Below are positions 1 through 13,462 of a DNA stretch of 64,000 nucleotides, one piece after another. The stretch is from assembly GCA_000934665.2 (NCBI GenBank), contig KZ538071.1, positions 1 to 64,000 of the forward strand, in the 5' to 3' direction. Every line of letters begins with the position of its first letter. The first letter of the stretch is position 1. This DNA is from Catajapyx aquilonaris (lineage: Eukaryota). Under the pieces are notes generated by a model, which did no database searches, was not told where the DNA came from, and saw nothing but the letters and a program-made list of their open reading frames with translations. The position numbers were made by a program, and so were the translations under genes.

Positions 1-193
1 ATTGCAGTTGTGCAGGAACAAATGAGAAAGGATTTGCAATGCATCTTGCATTGGCTAAAGGAAATTTTAAGTTTCATCAGTATTCAGCGATAACTTCCTG
101 GCCTGAGGGCATTCCATTGTGTGTTATTTTTTGTTCTGTCGCTGCTTCATTTGTTACACTCTCAATGCCAAGTGAACCTTGTCTGTGGAATGA

Positions 194-577
<384 letters not shown>

Positions 578-3500
578 TGATTACTAGAAAGCCTAGTAGA
601 AGCAGCACTTGGTTGATCCAAGGAGGGTTACTCATCATCTCCCTTCCGTTTTTTTAGTGGAAGAAAAGGGGGAGAAGGCACTTGCTAATTAGCTGCTGAA
701 GCCTGTGCTTAACTCGTCCTGTGAAGTTCAGGTGGACACAGGGTGTCCCAAAAATGCACCTGCATCCACACTTATGCAAAATCATTCCGAGTGTTGAACC
801 TAGATAAGTCTGCCTGCCATTGCTCCACATAGAAAGTGGTGGGTTAGGCAGATACGAGACCAGATTAGACCAACCATAATATATTACTGGACAGGGTTAA
901 ATGCGCAATCAGTAGCTTTATTTACAGAAAGAAAAGAAAGAAAATTAAAATGTAAAGAAAAATGTAACTCTTTCTTATAACTTGGTCAAAACAATGTAAC
1001 CATTTCATTATGTAATATACCAAAACAAAACACTATAAATATTACTTGAGGAATGCCAATAGTCTAGTCCCTTTCCTAACAATAGCACATTGAGGCAGCC
1101 CTGCCCTAGGCAATACAGTCTGGCTCTCACCCGTCCGTTTACGGTATTGGAAGTGACTGAATCCAACAACTTTCAGCATCTCCAGCCTCTTCCGGTTTGG
1201 GTGGTCCTTCCTGCAGTCCTGTCATGGTCTCAGGGTTGGCTTCTTCCTCCATTTCCTTCGGCTCTTCCGGATCCCTAGTGATGGTTACTGGCCTTCTGGT
1301 GTCTCCCACATTCATGGCTTGTTGCCCGGGGTAGATCCTCCGCCTCCATTATGGCTTCAGCTTCTTCCACGTCTGGTGTCACTCTTGCGCCTTACAGCGG
1401 TCGCTGTACTTCTTGGCTGTGTCTTTGGACTTCTCTCCTCCATGTAGACATCCTCGTTTTTCTACGGGCTCAGACATCTGGACTGTGGTTTTCTCACCTC
1501 CAATTTGGTCTTCGGTGTTCTTCTTCACCAGCTCGGCTTCCTGATAGCCCTTGGCGGCTGTCTGATGGAGATTGGCCACTCCTCATCGACGAAGGAGGGA
1601 AGAGGAAGGCCTCTACATCTTCAGACTTCTACTGCTTCTGACAGTAATTTGCTGACTGCTTGCTGGTTGTCTGTCCTCTGACTGCTCTACCTGGTGTACT
1701 CTCAAAAACTCAACTCTTCATCTCTTCCTCTTTTTGGACTAACTTCTGTGTATCCTTTTATAGTCGACTGAACTGGTCATCTATCTTGTGGTCTTGAAGT
1801 CTTAATCTGGTTATTCTCCACTGTCTTGTGGGTGAAGATGCTCCTCGTTCTTCTACCCCCCTTCTTACAATGGCATCTGATAGAGTTTCATCATACTTTA
1901 TTCTTCTTTTGGAGACTGTGTATCTTCAGAAAGGGTCTGCTATTCAAACTTTGACGTGTCACGGTCAGACCCCTGCTATAATATTGGGAAATCCTCCCCT
2001 ATCAGCGTACTCGGGACTGAAATAGCGCATTCCTGGAGTTTTTGTTTACTCCATCTGGATTGCGTCATCACATTTAATTTCGCCACCTTATAGTCCCATT
2101 TCTTCTGTCTATCACTTGCATTTGACTCCTGTTCCAAAGTTGTGATTAGCATTAGTACCCATTTACTGGAGGGCCAGTCACTTTAATTTTTGCTGGAGAA
2201 ATACCAGAGAAAGTTGAGTCACCCTCTGCTGGTCTCCCTATCCAACTCCTAAACCTGGATGGCAAATTATTACACAGTTGGAGGTTTGCAGCATGCGGAT
2301 GAATTTGTCAGTGATGCAAAACTGACATACTGGCATTAATCGTAGGAAGGGACTTGGTCTCTGTCAATGGCACGGTTGTGTTGCAAGATTTTGTACACTG
2401 TAGCAAGCAGGTAGAGAAGAAACTTTTTGGCACTAGTTTCCAGGGAACTTTATTGCAAAGGGAGTTTAGAATACAACTTAGAAAAAAAATGGGAGTTTTT
2501 TCATACTGGGCGGAAATGTTCTATATTCGATTGTGATTTGGATATGAAGGCTAGAGGGACAGGCAACTGATGTGATGACACTTCTGAGGAATATGATTGG
2601 TTAATAGATATTGTTCACCATGGCAAGAGGAAAATATCTGATTTGAGAAAGTCATGATGTGTATTTGTTGCATGGTTATCAGGTATCAGGCCAGATAGAA
2701 GGAATTGGCAAATATACCATAAAAGTATGGTGATGTGTAGGTTATTGTTATTGCATCATTGAAATAGCCTGCCACTACCTCACATGACATAATGTTGGGT
2801 TCAGCACTGCCACTGGAATCTCAAGTTGAACAAACATCAGTAGAGGGCATGATTGTGATCTTTTCTTCCCAATGTAAACACATCTGACCAACTGGAAAGG
2901 ATTGCATATAATTTTCATACCTGATAGGATTCGATGTCTGTTGCCTGATTGTCTGATGAAAGTCCGGCGTTTGATTGTTAGATGCATTTATTATTGAAGT
3001 GATTTTGTGTATTTTGGTTCTGCGAAAATAAATTTAAACGGAGGGGCTGTAGGGCCTTAAGGCTTGGCCAGTCCTAAATTCCTTAGATTAGGGGAGACCG
3101 GGGCACGATGCTACAGAGGTATGAAGGCACAGTTTGTGAAGCGGCTATTATGTTCATGGACCTGATGTGTATGTGGTAGGTGCAGATAGACATTCTCCAC
3201 CATTACACCCTATTTTCAATTCAATTGCAAAAGAATGTCGGCGGCAGCACCGATTTTAGACCTTCTGAGTAAATTTCCCCTTTTCATTTGTTTTTCCTTT
3301 TTCTTCCTATGGAAGTGCTAGATCACAGAGTCCAATAATGTGTTTGCAAGGCAGAATATCTGCCTACAAAATGACAGCATAAATGGCCCACTATTATGTC
3401 AGTCACGAGTAGGAGGGCTTGAAAGGTCAAAAAAAGCCTATGGGGCATGATGGCACATTTTGCTTGGGGCACGTTGGCACATGTGCCTACTAACCTTGGC

Positions 3501-3649
3501 GGACCATGGCCTCCCCTGTCACAACTGCGCAAGTATGGGAAAAAAGTATCTGATGTCGACCGTGACATCAGAGCTGGCCACTTTTTCCATACTCACGCAA
3601 AATGGCGTTCTTGTAATATCTTTGCAACATCTTTGGATATAAATCTGTA

Positions 3650-3684
3650 ATTAATAATAATAATAATAAGAAGAAGAAGAATAA

Positions 3685-3725
<41 letters not shown>

Positions 3726-4430
3726 TGGTTTATTACCTTACAACAGGCCATAAGCCGTGTGGGCAGGGGATTCTCCCTTTACAAAACCCAAAGTAATATC
3801 ACAAAACTACAAGTTTAGCACTTATCGCACAGAAAAATGTGTATAATTGATATGATCTGAACTCTGGGATATTTACAAAAATTAAAAATATATCCTGAGG
3901 TGGGGTTTGCGGGAAGTTTTTTCAGGAAAAATGATCTCTTGTTTCGGAGAAATGGGCAATCATACAGAATATGAAACAGGTCAAAATTCATGAACGTATT
4001 ACAAAGGGTACAAATCTCATTCGGTGAGAAGACGAACCTATAAGCATTAAACCAAATCCTTTGTGAGTTATTTCTCAGGTTTACCAACAAACGTGTAATG
4101 CTAATAGGAGAGTTAATGTTAAAGTAGGTTTCTCTTAGGTAATCTTCACCTTTAATTATTGCATAGTTCCTGTATCTAGCGGACGTGTGCAGATCTTCAA
4201 GGTCTTTTTGTATAGAACCAGCCAAATTGCATGGGTGGCAGTATTTCCCTTTCCTCCACCTATGAATCCAGCCTTCTTGCAAGAATCGATGTGAATAGTT
4301 CCAATAGATTATTAATTAAAGAGATCGGTCGGTAATTACTTGGGTCTAACTGGTTCCCTGCTTTATAGATTGGAATTACTTTAATTTTTGATAATTCCAT
4401 TGGGACCCTTCCATATGACATGGGGAGTCG
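3650..4430 (-). mobile_element. 5'-truncated non-LTR retrotransposon (LINE) 3' fragment
   Basis: ORF 3815-4282 with C-terminal CTLC-x8-H-x4-C zinc motif typical of LINE ORF2 ends, followed by a microsatellite tail ((tag)n/(aat)n on +, 3650-3725). Confidence 0.7.
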
Positions 4431-5371
4431 CCGGTCAGAACGTCACATATCCACGGAGACAAATTTTCCGCCAGGGCGTGATTTCTGCAATAGCTACCAG
4501 GAGCCTCACATATGCTTGGACATGGTTACACAGTTGCAGTGCCAATAGAGAATGACAAGAATCAAGCCATGGGCGCTGCCATGTTGACACGCTCACTCTC
4601 CATGATTGGCCATTTGGGATATGTGTCACTATGCCCCACAGCAGTAAGAGAAAGCATGACATTTTGCTCCACCACTCATTTTTCATGCTGAAAACAAAAT
4701 GGTTTCTGTGTCGCTTTGAAACACGGGAGTTTCTGTAACTATGCATTTGAAGGTGAACAATATTATAGTACCAAAATCTCATTTTCGCCCGCGGATGGAT
4801 ATGTGACGTTTTGTCCAGCGACTCTAATTTTTTTCTAAGGAAACATATTTTTCGTAGAGACAAAAATTTCGTTATTATTTTCGGGTACAGGCGAGTTTGA
4901 AGCCAACAGTGATAATATTAAGCCACCAGCAGCCCTACCTTTTTTATGAGTTGTAGTTGCTGGTAGTTACATTTTCTATGTTAATATTGTCAATTATCAT
5001 TGGGTTCCAGGTTTCCAGCAGGGCACAACTGGACAAATTGACTGTTTCTTGGTATAGCTGATCCAAGGTTTCCTTCACAGGTAAACCTGCAACATTCTAC
5101 GCAGATATCACTTGGCAGCCTGGCAGGTGGCCCAAACCAATATTCACTAAACTTTTCACTGCACACTTTGTAACACATGGGGGGGNGAGAGAGAGAGAGA
5201 GGCTTTCTGCTGTATAGATACATCCTCCTTGAACTCTGGTGTGGTCGGGGGGCATCATGGAGCTTGAACCTTCATGTGCTTGATCTTCTTTCCGGCAGCC
5301 TGATTGTTCTGCTTTATAGCGGAAGATTCACCATCTGGCGAGATTGACAACGACCGTTTGGCTGGCATCGA

Positions 5372-5600
5372 TGTTTGTTTGTTTGTTTGTTGGTTGGTTC
5401 TGCCTAAGCAACTAAGGCTATCTGGCATTCGTATAGTGGGCTTTTGGTAGTGAGAGGAAATGGGAGAACCCTGAGAAAACCCACGGAAACACGGTGAGAG
5501 CCCATCGAAACTCTTCCACATAAGTGTCCTCTGCCCAACCCGGGGGTCGAACGCGGGACCTTAGAGGTGGAGGGCTGCGGCGCTAACCACTACGTCACCA
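5372..5600 (-). mobile_element. tRNA-derived SINE
   Basis: Reverse A/B-box-like head (gtagtggttagcgccgcagcc...cgcgttcgaccccc) and (gttt)n tail; same family as the copy at ~35340-35585. Confidence 0.65.
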
Positions 5601-5878
5601 TGTTGCTCTATGCTGACATTGATGTAGGATTGTGGTCGGTGACACGTATATAAATCAGTAATTCGTATGGAAGTGATTTTCATATTATTTAATAAGCCTT
5701 ACCTTAGCTTTTATTACTGTGCCAACGTGCCCCATGCTTTGTGCCATTGTGCCCCGGATGGCATACATGCAGACTTTTTGAAACATTTCTAGTGGATAGC
5801 ATGTTGAAAATGCAAGCATGTGAAAATATCACAATATGCTCAAATGTCAAAAGTATTTGTCAATACTATAAGAATTAC

Positions 5879-6130
5879 AGGGAGGCATGGTGGTCTGGTG
5901 GTTATGCCGCTGGCCAGCCAAGCGGGAGGCCGGGGTTCAAATCCCGTCCCCGTCACCTCTGCTTGGCCGGGTCTTTTTCCGCTTTTCACCCAACATGCCG
6001 GGGCAGAAATGCACTCCCTACTCTGCCCATGGCCAGGAGAAAAGGTCTGGTGTATTTCAGAAAGTCAGAAATGACTATAATTACAGTGCCCTCCCTTGGG
6101 AACCTCCCCTTCCTCCCTATCACGGGGTAA

Positions 6131-6165
<35 letters not shown>

Positions 6166-6183
6166 TAATAATAATAATAATAA
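5879..6183 (+). mobile_element. tRNA-derived SINE with (AAT)n tail and target-site duplication
   Basis: Head tggtctggtggtt...ggggttcaaatccc; (aat)n tail; TSD tataagaattac (5867-5878) / tatgagaattac (6184-6195). Confidence 0.75.
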
Positions 6184-6422
6184 TATGAGAATTACCCCGA
6201 ATAAGTCTTAACTGACATCAGAAAAAAATGAAATGTCAAATATGTGCCATCTAGCCCTGGTCTCCCCTACTCTTAAATGTTGCATAAATGTGGATGTCCT
6301 AAGGTTTTCCTATCTAAAGGAAGTTTACTATGTGAGTGTCTTCAAGTATACCATTTTAACACCAAACTTAGGGCTAATAGTAAATGTCTTAACTAAGTTT
6401 TAATTTATCCCTTGCTTTGCAG

Positions 6423-6559
6423 CTGAACCCCTCCGGCTAGTGGACCTGTGCAGGGAAGTGATCCGCCAGAGCATAGGGAAGCACCATCTGGATCAGATCG
6501 ACAAGCTCAAGCTGCCACAGGCCATGATGGATTACCTCCTCTACCGAGATCGACAGTAA
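6423..6559 (+). CDS. SPSB: SPSB terminal exon encoding the SOCS box (copy 1)
   Basis: ctttgcag acceptor; phase-1 join gives (D)PEPLRLVDLCREVIRQSIGKHHLDQIDKLKLPQAMMDYLLYRDRQ*, the SOCS-box pattern L-x-x-LCR-x-x-I...LP-x-x-x-x-DYL; TAA 6557-6559. Confidence 0.9.
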
Positions 6560-7221
6560 CAACTGGAAACCCACAAGAAATGACAACGGAGGAGTTTAAA
6601 GAAAATGGACAAATGGAATTTCGTGTGCACTGGAAAACTAATGAGAGACTTTTATTACCTTTGTTTTCTCCATTTATTATTTTTTTGCAAGAGCAGTCCT
6701 TTTCGAGAGACCTTATTTGACACCATGGACCGCACCTTACATTTGGCTGCATTATTTTCTTGCCATCAAACACAACATTCCCCATGACTCCTCCTGATCC
6801 GCATATGTTCTTTATTTTTGAATCATTGTTTGATTTATTGACATGACATGTGTGTGCTGAGTTGTGCGTAGTGAGAGTGAGCAATGGCAGTCACGTTGAC
6901 AAAATCGTGATGCCAAACCCCCTTTATGAGAGAGATATTTGGATCACCTGACAGAGCATGCCAGGTTCTTTAAAAAATTTGACAGGTAAAAGTAACTTCC
7001 ATCTGCTATGATCATTTAAACTTGCTGGAAATTTTGTAGAGGCAAAATTTGCGTTAAGAAGGATAAAAAGTGCATAATAGATGCAACTCACGATGCCAAA
7101 AGGGACAACCAATATGTTGTACTTTTTTATATTTTTGAAATCGCAGCAACAACAACAGCATTGTAAACTAGTGAGTATGTAGTATGTAGTACAGGTACAA
7201 AAAAAAAATACATAGGTAATT

Positions 7222-8117
7222 ACAAATTATGGGTCAATCTCTCCCTGATGAGCACCAGAAGTTGTCTTCCTTGTTACATACGGTATGCCCCCCCCCCCCC
7301 NCCCCCCCATGCTTTTAAATATGATAAATGAATGCATAAGAAGTGTTCTCAAACAATCAAATTATGATAGCGTATGTCACCACTTTACCTCTGTGCTATA
7401 TCCCGAATATTGGTGCCGGTTTGTGCCGAAAACTGTTCCTCTCTAACCAATCTGGAGATATTAATTGAATGGCCCAATTGCACAAGGGCCCATGTCCAGG
7501 GTGAAAATAGGGTGGGGATGGATAAATTAATTTTTATTCCCTGAACTATTTCATGTATTAAAATTCTTTATTGGAAATATGCATTGAAGGGCCACACCAA
7601 CACATTTAAATTTTGGCACATTGATGCGGTGTGCAGGTTAACTTTTATTCCAAATTCTTAACCTTGGACTTGGACAAATTATGGGTCAATCTCTCCCTGA
7701 TGAGCACCAGAAGTTGTCTTCCTTGTTACATACGGTATGCCCCCCCCCCCCNCCCCCATGCTTTTAAATATGATAAATGAATGCATAAGAAGTGTGCTCA
7801 AACAATAAAATTATGCTAGCGTATGTCACCACTTCACCTCTGTGTTACATCCCAAATATTTGCGCCGGTTTGTGCCGAAAACTGTTCCTCTCTGTCACCA
7901 ATCTGGAGATATTAATTGAATGGCCCAATTGCACAAGGGCCCATGTCCAGGGTGAAAATAGGGTGGGGATGGATAAATTAATTTTTATTCCCTGAACTAT
8001 TTCATGTATTAAAATTCTTTACTGGAAATGGGCCACACCAACACATTTAAATTTTGGCACATCGATGCGGTGTGCAGGTTAACTTTTATTCCAAATTCTT
8101 AACCTTGGACTTGGACA
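7222..8117. repeat. Tandem duplication of a ~450-bp unit
   Basis: 7222-7673 and 7674-8117 are near-identical with a few SNPs and indels; both contain poly-C with an N. Confidence 0.85.
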
Positions 8118-8742
8118 TTTTTTTTTTTGTTTAAATTTACTTCGTGCTAGGCATCAAGGGCCTCTTTGGGGGGTGGCACAGCACCATCAGTTTTCTCTGT
8201 GTATTACACTTTTTTCTTCATTCACCGGTGCAAGGAGTCAAGGATGTCGGGTAGGGGTAGGGATTTTTTGGGGAGGGAACATAGGTGCAAGTGCAATGTC
8301 TACAAATGGGTCATGTGCTGTCCCCCAGGAGGTTAGGTTGCCAGACACCTCCTGAAAATGGCTGGCACCCAATGAATAACACTGCAATATTTTTGGCACT
8401 TTTTCATTGCAATATCATGGATGATATCTTTAGACCTTCGGTTATGACGTCGACAAGTGCATCCAGTTTTCCTAATGCATCATTCAGCAGAGATTATTGT
8501 GTAAAATTAATATAATCTGTACTGTCGTTATGTAGTTTTACTGCAAGTTAATGAGCTGGAGAATACTTCTAGAGATGATAATTATTTCAACTAAAAATAA
8601 GTTGAATTTAGACGGCAAGAGAGTAACAGTGTAATGATCCTTCTCACACATGGCACTGTCTGAGTGGATTCACCCACCACCTTTTGCCCCATGGTCATCC
8701 TGACAATAGATCCACCCTCTTCCATTAATGAATCAAGCAGCT

Positions 8743-10597
8743 GGCTGGTTCCATTTCAATCCAGACAGAGGGTGCCCAGTCATGGTCTTCGATTTAAAAA
8801 TATATATATATATATATGTGAAACCCACATCCAATTGAACCCTTATGGAGCAATCAGTTTTACGAGATTAAATTTAGTTATCGAGATATTAATATTTCTT
8901 TCAAGGGGTACCAAAATAACCTTCACGGGAAGGTGCACGGCTTTGTCCATTGCTTTCAATGAGTATAATTGGGGAACTGTTCTGAAAACCAACATGAAAT
9001 TTTAAACTCATGCTTTTGGAATAACACACAGTTATGCAATGCATAAATTTACCTTAAGTCACCTGCAAAAAAATCTCCAACATTCCTGTTTTGCTGAAAA
9101 TTCACTTAGTACGCAATTTATTATGGAGTTATTATTAAGGTTATGCAAATGAAACCAATTATGTACAACGTTGTTAAAGGGCATGTTGTAAGGACAAATA
9201 ATATCACTAATATCTGCATTCAAAGAAAAGATACACCTGGTCAAAGTATGGTCATATGAGAAAACATGCCTGAAAAATACATTTTTTATTCAAAAATGCC
9301 ATTTTTTATTGATTTTATTTTCATTTGTGTAGATAATGACGCTCTCTTTCAAAAGATATAGTGTGAAAAAAAGAAAGCTTGTGACAATTTACACATTTGT
9401 CATGAAGTGGGTTTAACCCAGAGCAACATTCAAAAATATATAATTCAAGTATACGCATACGCCCCGGGTTTGTAATATATCTTTTGAAAGAGAGAGTCAT
9501 TATCTACACAAATGAAAATAAAATCAATAAAAAATGTATTTTTCAGGCATGTTTTCTCATATGACCATACTTTGACCAGGTGAACCTCTTCTTTGAATGC
9601 AGATATTAATGATATTATTTGTGCTTACAACATGCCCTTTAACAATGTTGTACATAATTGGTTTCATTTGTATAACCTTAATAATAACTTCATAATAAAT
9701 TGCGTACGAAGTGAATTTTCAGCAAAACAAGCACTTTTGGCGATTTTTTTGAAGATGACTGTACCAGTAAATTACGGCATTGTGCATACCGAATTTTGAT
9801 ATAATTTTATAATAGAACCCATGCTACTTTGTTATACAAAAAATAACGATTAAATATTTAAAATGGCTTCTTCGAGAAAATATTTATATGAAGTGTGCTA
9901 TATTGTAGCACAATGACGAAATTTGTCATCTGAAAAAAAATGGTATCTCACTTACAAAAAGTATGCACCGGGTTTTGACACTACCTCATTTTTTAAAACC
10001 TGTCTGTCCGTGTAAAATAAAAAAAAAAAAAATGGGGTTTTTGAGAAAATAATTTTTGAAATATGCGTGTTTTCGCTTGTTGCCATATTTTCACATCGCA
10101 TATCTCAACTACACGCGGAGCTAGCAAAGGTTTTATTGAATAACCTTTAGGGGGTCACCGAGTATATCACAAAATATAATCGGCATAACCGTCACGTTTA
10201 CCATAACGCCGTAATAAATTGCGAAATATGCGAATTTTGGCCAAAATATGCAATGTTGGAGATTTTTTTGCAGGTGGCTGTACCATTAAATAAGGTAAAT
10301 TTATGCATTACATAACAGCGTGTTATTCCAAAAGCATGTGTTTAAAATTTCATGTTGGTTTTCAGAACAGTTCCCGAATTATACTCATTGAAAGCAATGG
10401 AAAAAGTGCACCTTCCCGTGAAGGTTATTTTGGTACCCCTTGAAAGAAATATTAATATCTCGATAACTAAATTTAATCTCGTAAAACTGATTGCTCCTTA
10501 AGGGTTCAATTGGATGTGGGTTTCACATATATTTTTTGTTAAAAAAATCGAAGACCATGACTGGGCACCCTCTGTCTGGATTGAAATGGAACCAGCC
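8743..10597. mobile_element. Foldback-type non-autonomous DNA transposon with ~340-bp TIRs and internal inverted repeats
   Basis: Starts ggctggttccatttcaatccagacagaggg and ends ccctctgtctggattgaaatggaaccagcc; second inverted pair ~9060-9380 / ~9470-9760; no matching TSD. Confidence 0.8.
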
Positions 10598-12110
10598 CTC
10601 TACATCTTCAGACTTCTTCTACTGCTTCTGACAGTAATTTGCTGACTGCTTGCTGGTTGTCTGTCCTCTGACTGCTCTACCTGGTGTACTCTCAAAAACT
10701 CAACTCTTCATCTCTTCCTCTTTTTGCAGTAACTTCTGTGTATCCTTTTATAGTCGACTGAACTGGTCATCTATCTTGTGGTCTTGAAGTCTTAATCTGG
10801 TTATTCTCCACTGTCTTGTGGGTGAAGATGCTCCTCGTTCTTCTACCCCCCTTCTTACAATAGCATCTGATAGAGTTTCATCATACTCTATTCTTCTTTT
10901 GGAGGCTGCGTATCTTCATAATGGGTCTGCTATTCAAACTTTGACGTGTCACGGTCAGACCCCTTCTACAAGATTGGGAAATCCTCCCTTATCAGCGTAC
11001 TCGGGACTGAAATAGCGCATTCCTGGAGTTTTTGTTTACTCCATCTGGATTGCGTCATCACATTTAATTTCGCCACCTTACAGTCCCATTTCTTCTGTCT
11101 ATCACTTGCATTTGACTCCTGTACCAAAGTTGTGATTAGCATTAGTGCCCATTTACTGGAGGGCCAGTCATTTTAATTTTTGCTGGAGAAATACCAGAGA
11201 AAGTTGAGTCTGCTGGTCTCCCTTTCCAACTCCTACCTCACGTGACTTTCCCCCCATTTTGCACGCAGAACACTGGATATTTTAGGGCTGGATCGATGGC
11301 TGCATTGATTGGTAATGTGGAATCCAGGCAGGGGGTGGGAGGGGAGGGGGAATTGCTGGACAGATGAAATAAGGCAAGCGGTTGAGGGGGAGGGGGGAAT
11401 TAATAACCTATTTTGAGGTCAGTTTGCATGGGTAAGGGTTCACTGACCAATGCCAAAAACCTGGATGGCAAATTATTCACAGTTGGTTATTTTCCATTTG
11501 GGTTTTACAGCCTCATTATGGGAATATGAGGATGGGAAAACCTCCCATCCTCATATGCGGATGAATTTGTCATTGATGCGAAAGGAAGTTCTGACATACT
11601 GGCATAATCGTAGGAAGGAACTTGGTCTCTGTCAATGGCAAGGTTGTGTTGCAAGATTTTGTACACTGTAGCAAGCAGGTAGAGAAGAAATTTTTTGGCA
11701 CTGGTTTCCAGGGAACTTTATTGCAAAGGGAGTTTAGAATACAACCTAGAAAAATAAATGGGAGTTTTTCCATACTGGGTGGAAATGTGCTATATTCGAT
11801 TGTGATTTGGATTTGAAGGCTAGAGGGACAGGCAACTGTGATGTGATGACACTTCTGAGGAAAATTATTGGTTAATAGATATTGTTCCCCATGGCAAGGG
11901 GAAAATATCTGATTTGAGAAATAGTCATGATGTGTATAGTGTATTTGTTGCATGGTTATCAGGTATCAGACCAGATAGAAGGAATTGGCAAATAGACCAT
12001 AAAAGTATGGTGGTATGTAGGTTATTGTTATTGCATCATTGAAATAGCCTGTCACTCTGCTGCCACTACCTCACATGACATAATGTTGGGTTCAGCACTG
12101 CCACTGGAAT

Positions 12111-13016
12111 TGGGGGACCCAACATGGTCGCCGGCGGCCATGTTGGGCCCACATGTAGGGCTTCCCTTTTGTACCTATAAAGTTCAGCGTAGTCCGGTAG
12201 GGTCGCCACATAAATGCTCCATGAAAGGTCTCATGGCGCTCTCAGGTGAGCACCTCCTGCAAAACGCCCCGCAGGGGGTAGGTGGGAGTGTCCAGACCAG
12301 CCCACGGACACTTAGGGCCAGTTGCACCGGCCTCAGTATAACTTAGAACCTCGGGTATAACAAGAATTGCCATAGCAATCATATTGCTATGGCAATTCTT
12401 GTTATACCCGAGGTCTAAGTTATCAGCAATGATTGCTATGGCAATTCTTGTTATACCCGAGGTTCTAAGTTATACTGAGGCCGCGGCCGGTGCAACTGGC
12501 CCTTATACTACATTCTGATCTTATCACCTGACGGGGTGTTTTGCATGGGGTGATCACCTGAGAGCGCCATGAGACCTCTCGGTGCTGGATTATGTGGTGA
12601 ACCTACCGGACTATGCTGAACTTTATAGATACAAAAGGGAAGGGCTACACTTGGGGCTACATGTGGGCCCAACATGGCCGCCGGCGACCATGTTGGGTCC
12701 CCCAATGTAGCGCTTCCCTTTTGTACCTATAAAGTTCAGCGTAGTCCGGTAGGGTCGCCACATAATCAGGCACCGAGAGGTCTCCTAGCGCTCTCAGGTG
12801 AGCACCCCATGCAAAACACCCCGTCAGGGGGTAGGTGGGAGTGACCCAACCTGAGTCTTCTAAAACCATGGTCCGGACCTTAGTAGTCTATGACCATGGA
12901 CCCGACCTTCCTAAAAGTGTCATGGAGGCTCTCTGTGCATGAAAATTTTTGCGTGGCTACAGGTAGGTGTTATCCCTTCATTCATTTCTTCCCAGGCAAC
13001 GCCGGGTATCGCAGCT

Positions 13017-13018
<2 letters not shown>
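12111..13018 (+). mobile_element. Inverted-repeat block ending in a Helitron-like 3' terminus
   Basis: Unit 12111-12300 is inverted at ~12520-12705 and partly repeated at 12706-12850; central palindrome 12313-12503; hairpin cccaggcaacgccggg then CTAG|T at 13015-13019. Confidence 0.55.
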
Positions 13019-13089
<71 letters not shown>

Positions 13090-13325
13090 ACTACTACTAT
13101 AAGAATTACCCCGAATAAGTCTTAACTGACATCAGAAAAAAATGAAATGTCAAATGTGTGCCATCTAGCCCTGGTCTCCCCTACTCTTAAATGTTGCATA
13201 AATGTGGATGTCCTATCTAAAGGAAGTTTACTATGTGAGTGTCTTCAAGTATACCATTTTAACACCAAAATTAGGGCTAATAGTAAATGTCTTAACTAAG
13301 TTTTAATTTATCCCTTGCTTTGCAG

Positions 13326-13462
13326 CTGAACCCCTCCGGCTAGTGGACCTGTGCAGGCAAGTGATCCTCCAGAGCATAGGGAAGCACCACCTGGATCAGA
13401 TCGACACGCTCAAGCTCCCACAGGCCATGATGGATTACCTCCTCTACCGAGATCGACAGTAA
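13326..13462 (+). CDS. Duplicated SPSB SOCS-box terminal exon (copy 2), intact ORF and acceptor; alternative last exon or pseudo-exon
   Basis: Same acceptor and length as 6423-6559, with 5 substitutions in 137 nt (E>Q, R>L, K>T and 2 synonymous). Confidence 0.6.

Larger units (their letters stand above)
3091..6267. mobile_element. pogo/Tc1-mariner-like non-autonomous DNA transposon carrying nested insertions
   Basis: TIRs ggggagaccggggc / gccctggtctcccc, each flanked by TA; contains a LINE fragment and two SINEs. Confidence 0.65.

Noticed and set aside
793..2820. Possible LTR or solo-LTR-like sequence on the minus strand
   Set aside because: No convincing TG...CA pair with TSD, PBS/PPT or coding remnant could be fixed.
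5879..5950. tRNA gene
   Set aside because: The A/B boxes are the head of a SINE with tail and TSD; no full cloverleaf.
7222..8117. Tandem duplication as a functional feature
   Set aside because: Non-coding; both units carry an N in poly-C, so an assembly or haplotype artefact cannot be excluded.
13019..13120. Apparent empty site of the 5879-6183 SINE in the duplicate, which would date the SINE after the duplication
   Set aside because: Ambiguous: the (AAT)n array just upstream could equally be the retained SINE tail plus the right TSD.
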